Shown here: piece by piece, positions 63,641-64,000 of the stretch
Layout: the number at the start of each line of letters is the position of its first letter
Position numbering within the stretch: the stretch's first letter is position 1
NCBI RefSeq assembly: GCF_001194135.2
Contig: NC_068984.1
Location: 119,334,594-119,398,593 of the forward strand
DNA: 64,000 nucleotides
Reading direction: 5' to 3'
Source of the DNA: Octopus bimaculoides
Taxonomy: Eukaryota
Notes under the pieces: generated by a model
Databases searched by the model: none
Told to the model about the DNA's origin: nothing
What the model saw: only the letters and a program-made list of their open reading frames with translations
Program-made: the position numbers and the translations under genes

Positions 63641-64000
63641 GTTAATGTCTGCTTTCCATGCTAGCATGGGTTGGATGATTTGACTTAGGACTGTCGAACC
63701 AGATGGCTGCACCAGGCTCAGATCTGATCTGGTAGAGTTTCTACAGTTGGATGCCCTTCTTAATGCCAACCACTCTGAGAGTGTATTGGGTGCTTTTACG
63801 TGCCACTGGCATGAGGGCCTGTCAGGTAGGACTGGCAACGGTCACGCTCAAATGGTGTTTTTTACATGCCACCTGCACAGGAGCCAGTCCAGCAGCAGTG
63901 GTAACAACCTCGCTCGAATGTTTCTTCATGTGCCTCCGGCACAAGTGCCAGTAAGGCAACACTGGTAACGATCACGCTCAAATGGTGCTTTTTACATGTC
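63397..64000. mobile_element. SINE B head (+) followed by (TG)n(TA)n(CAT)n and an RTE 3' UTR (-); continues past the window end
   Basis: Complete SINE head at 63397-63557; from 63514 onward it matches 49366-49960 apart from microsatellite length and the gap-join duplication. Confidence 0.85.

Overview
AT-rich, microsatellite-dense animal genomic scaffold with many N gaps. The SINE/RTE repertoire resembles octopus/coleoid cephalopod repeats as I recall them; this is an inference, not a search result. The only host gene I can support is the 3' part of a minus-strand, spliced BtpA/SgcQ-family (TIM-barrel) gene. It has three exons (46200-46350, 36765-36892, 29175-29374) with GT-AG junctions in consistent phase; the 5' exons lie in gaps or beyond the window. 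The rest is mobile-element debris: RTE, CR1-like, Tx1/L1-like and R4/Dong-like LINE fragments, Penelope-like elements of at least three types, four tRNA-derived SINE families, Tc1/mariner relics, hAT- and piggyBac-type MITEs and a candidate Helitron. The most interesting signals are: (1) a type I hammerhead ribozyme with an unusually long helix II in a Penelope-like pseudo-LTR; (2) a second Penelope-like 3' end with a tRNA-like Pol III module next to a degenerate minimal hammerhead; (3) a ~600-bp MITE with perfect 37-bp TIRs, an 8-bp TSD and a central (CCCTAA)n-(TTAGGG)n palindrome; (4) two inserts flanked by very long (61 and 77 bp) direct repeats, one apparently copied from a locus 14 kb away; (5) a candidate 6-nt in-frame microexon. 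No CRISPR array, rRNA or credible functional tRNA gene was seen. Most ORFs in the supplied track are microsatellite or N-gap artefacts.
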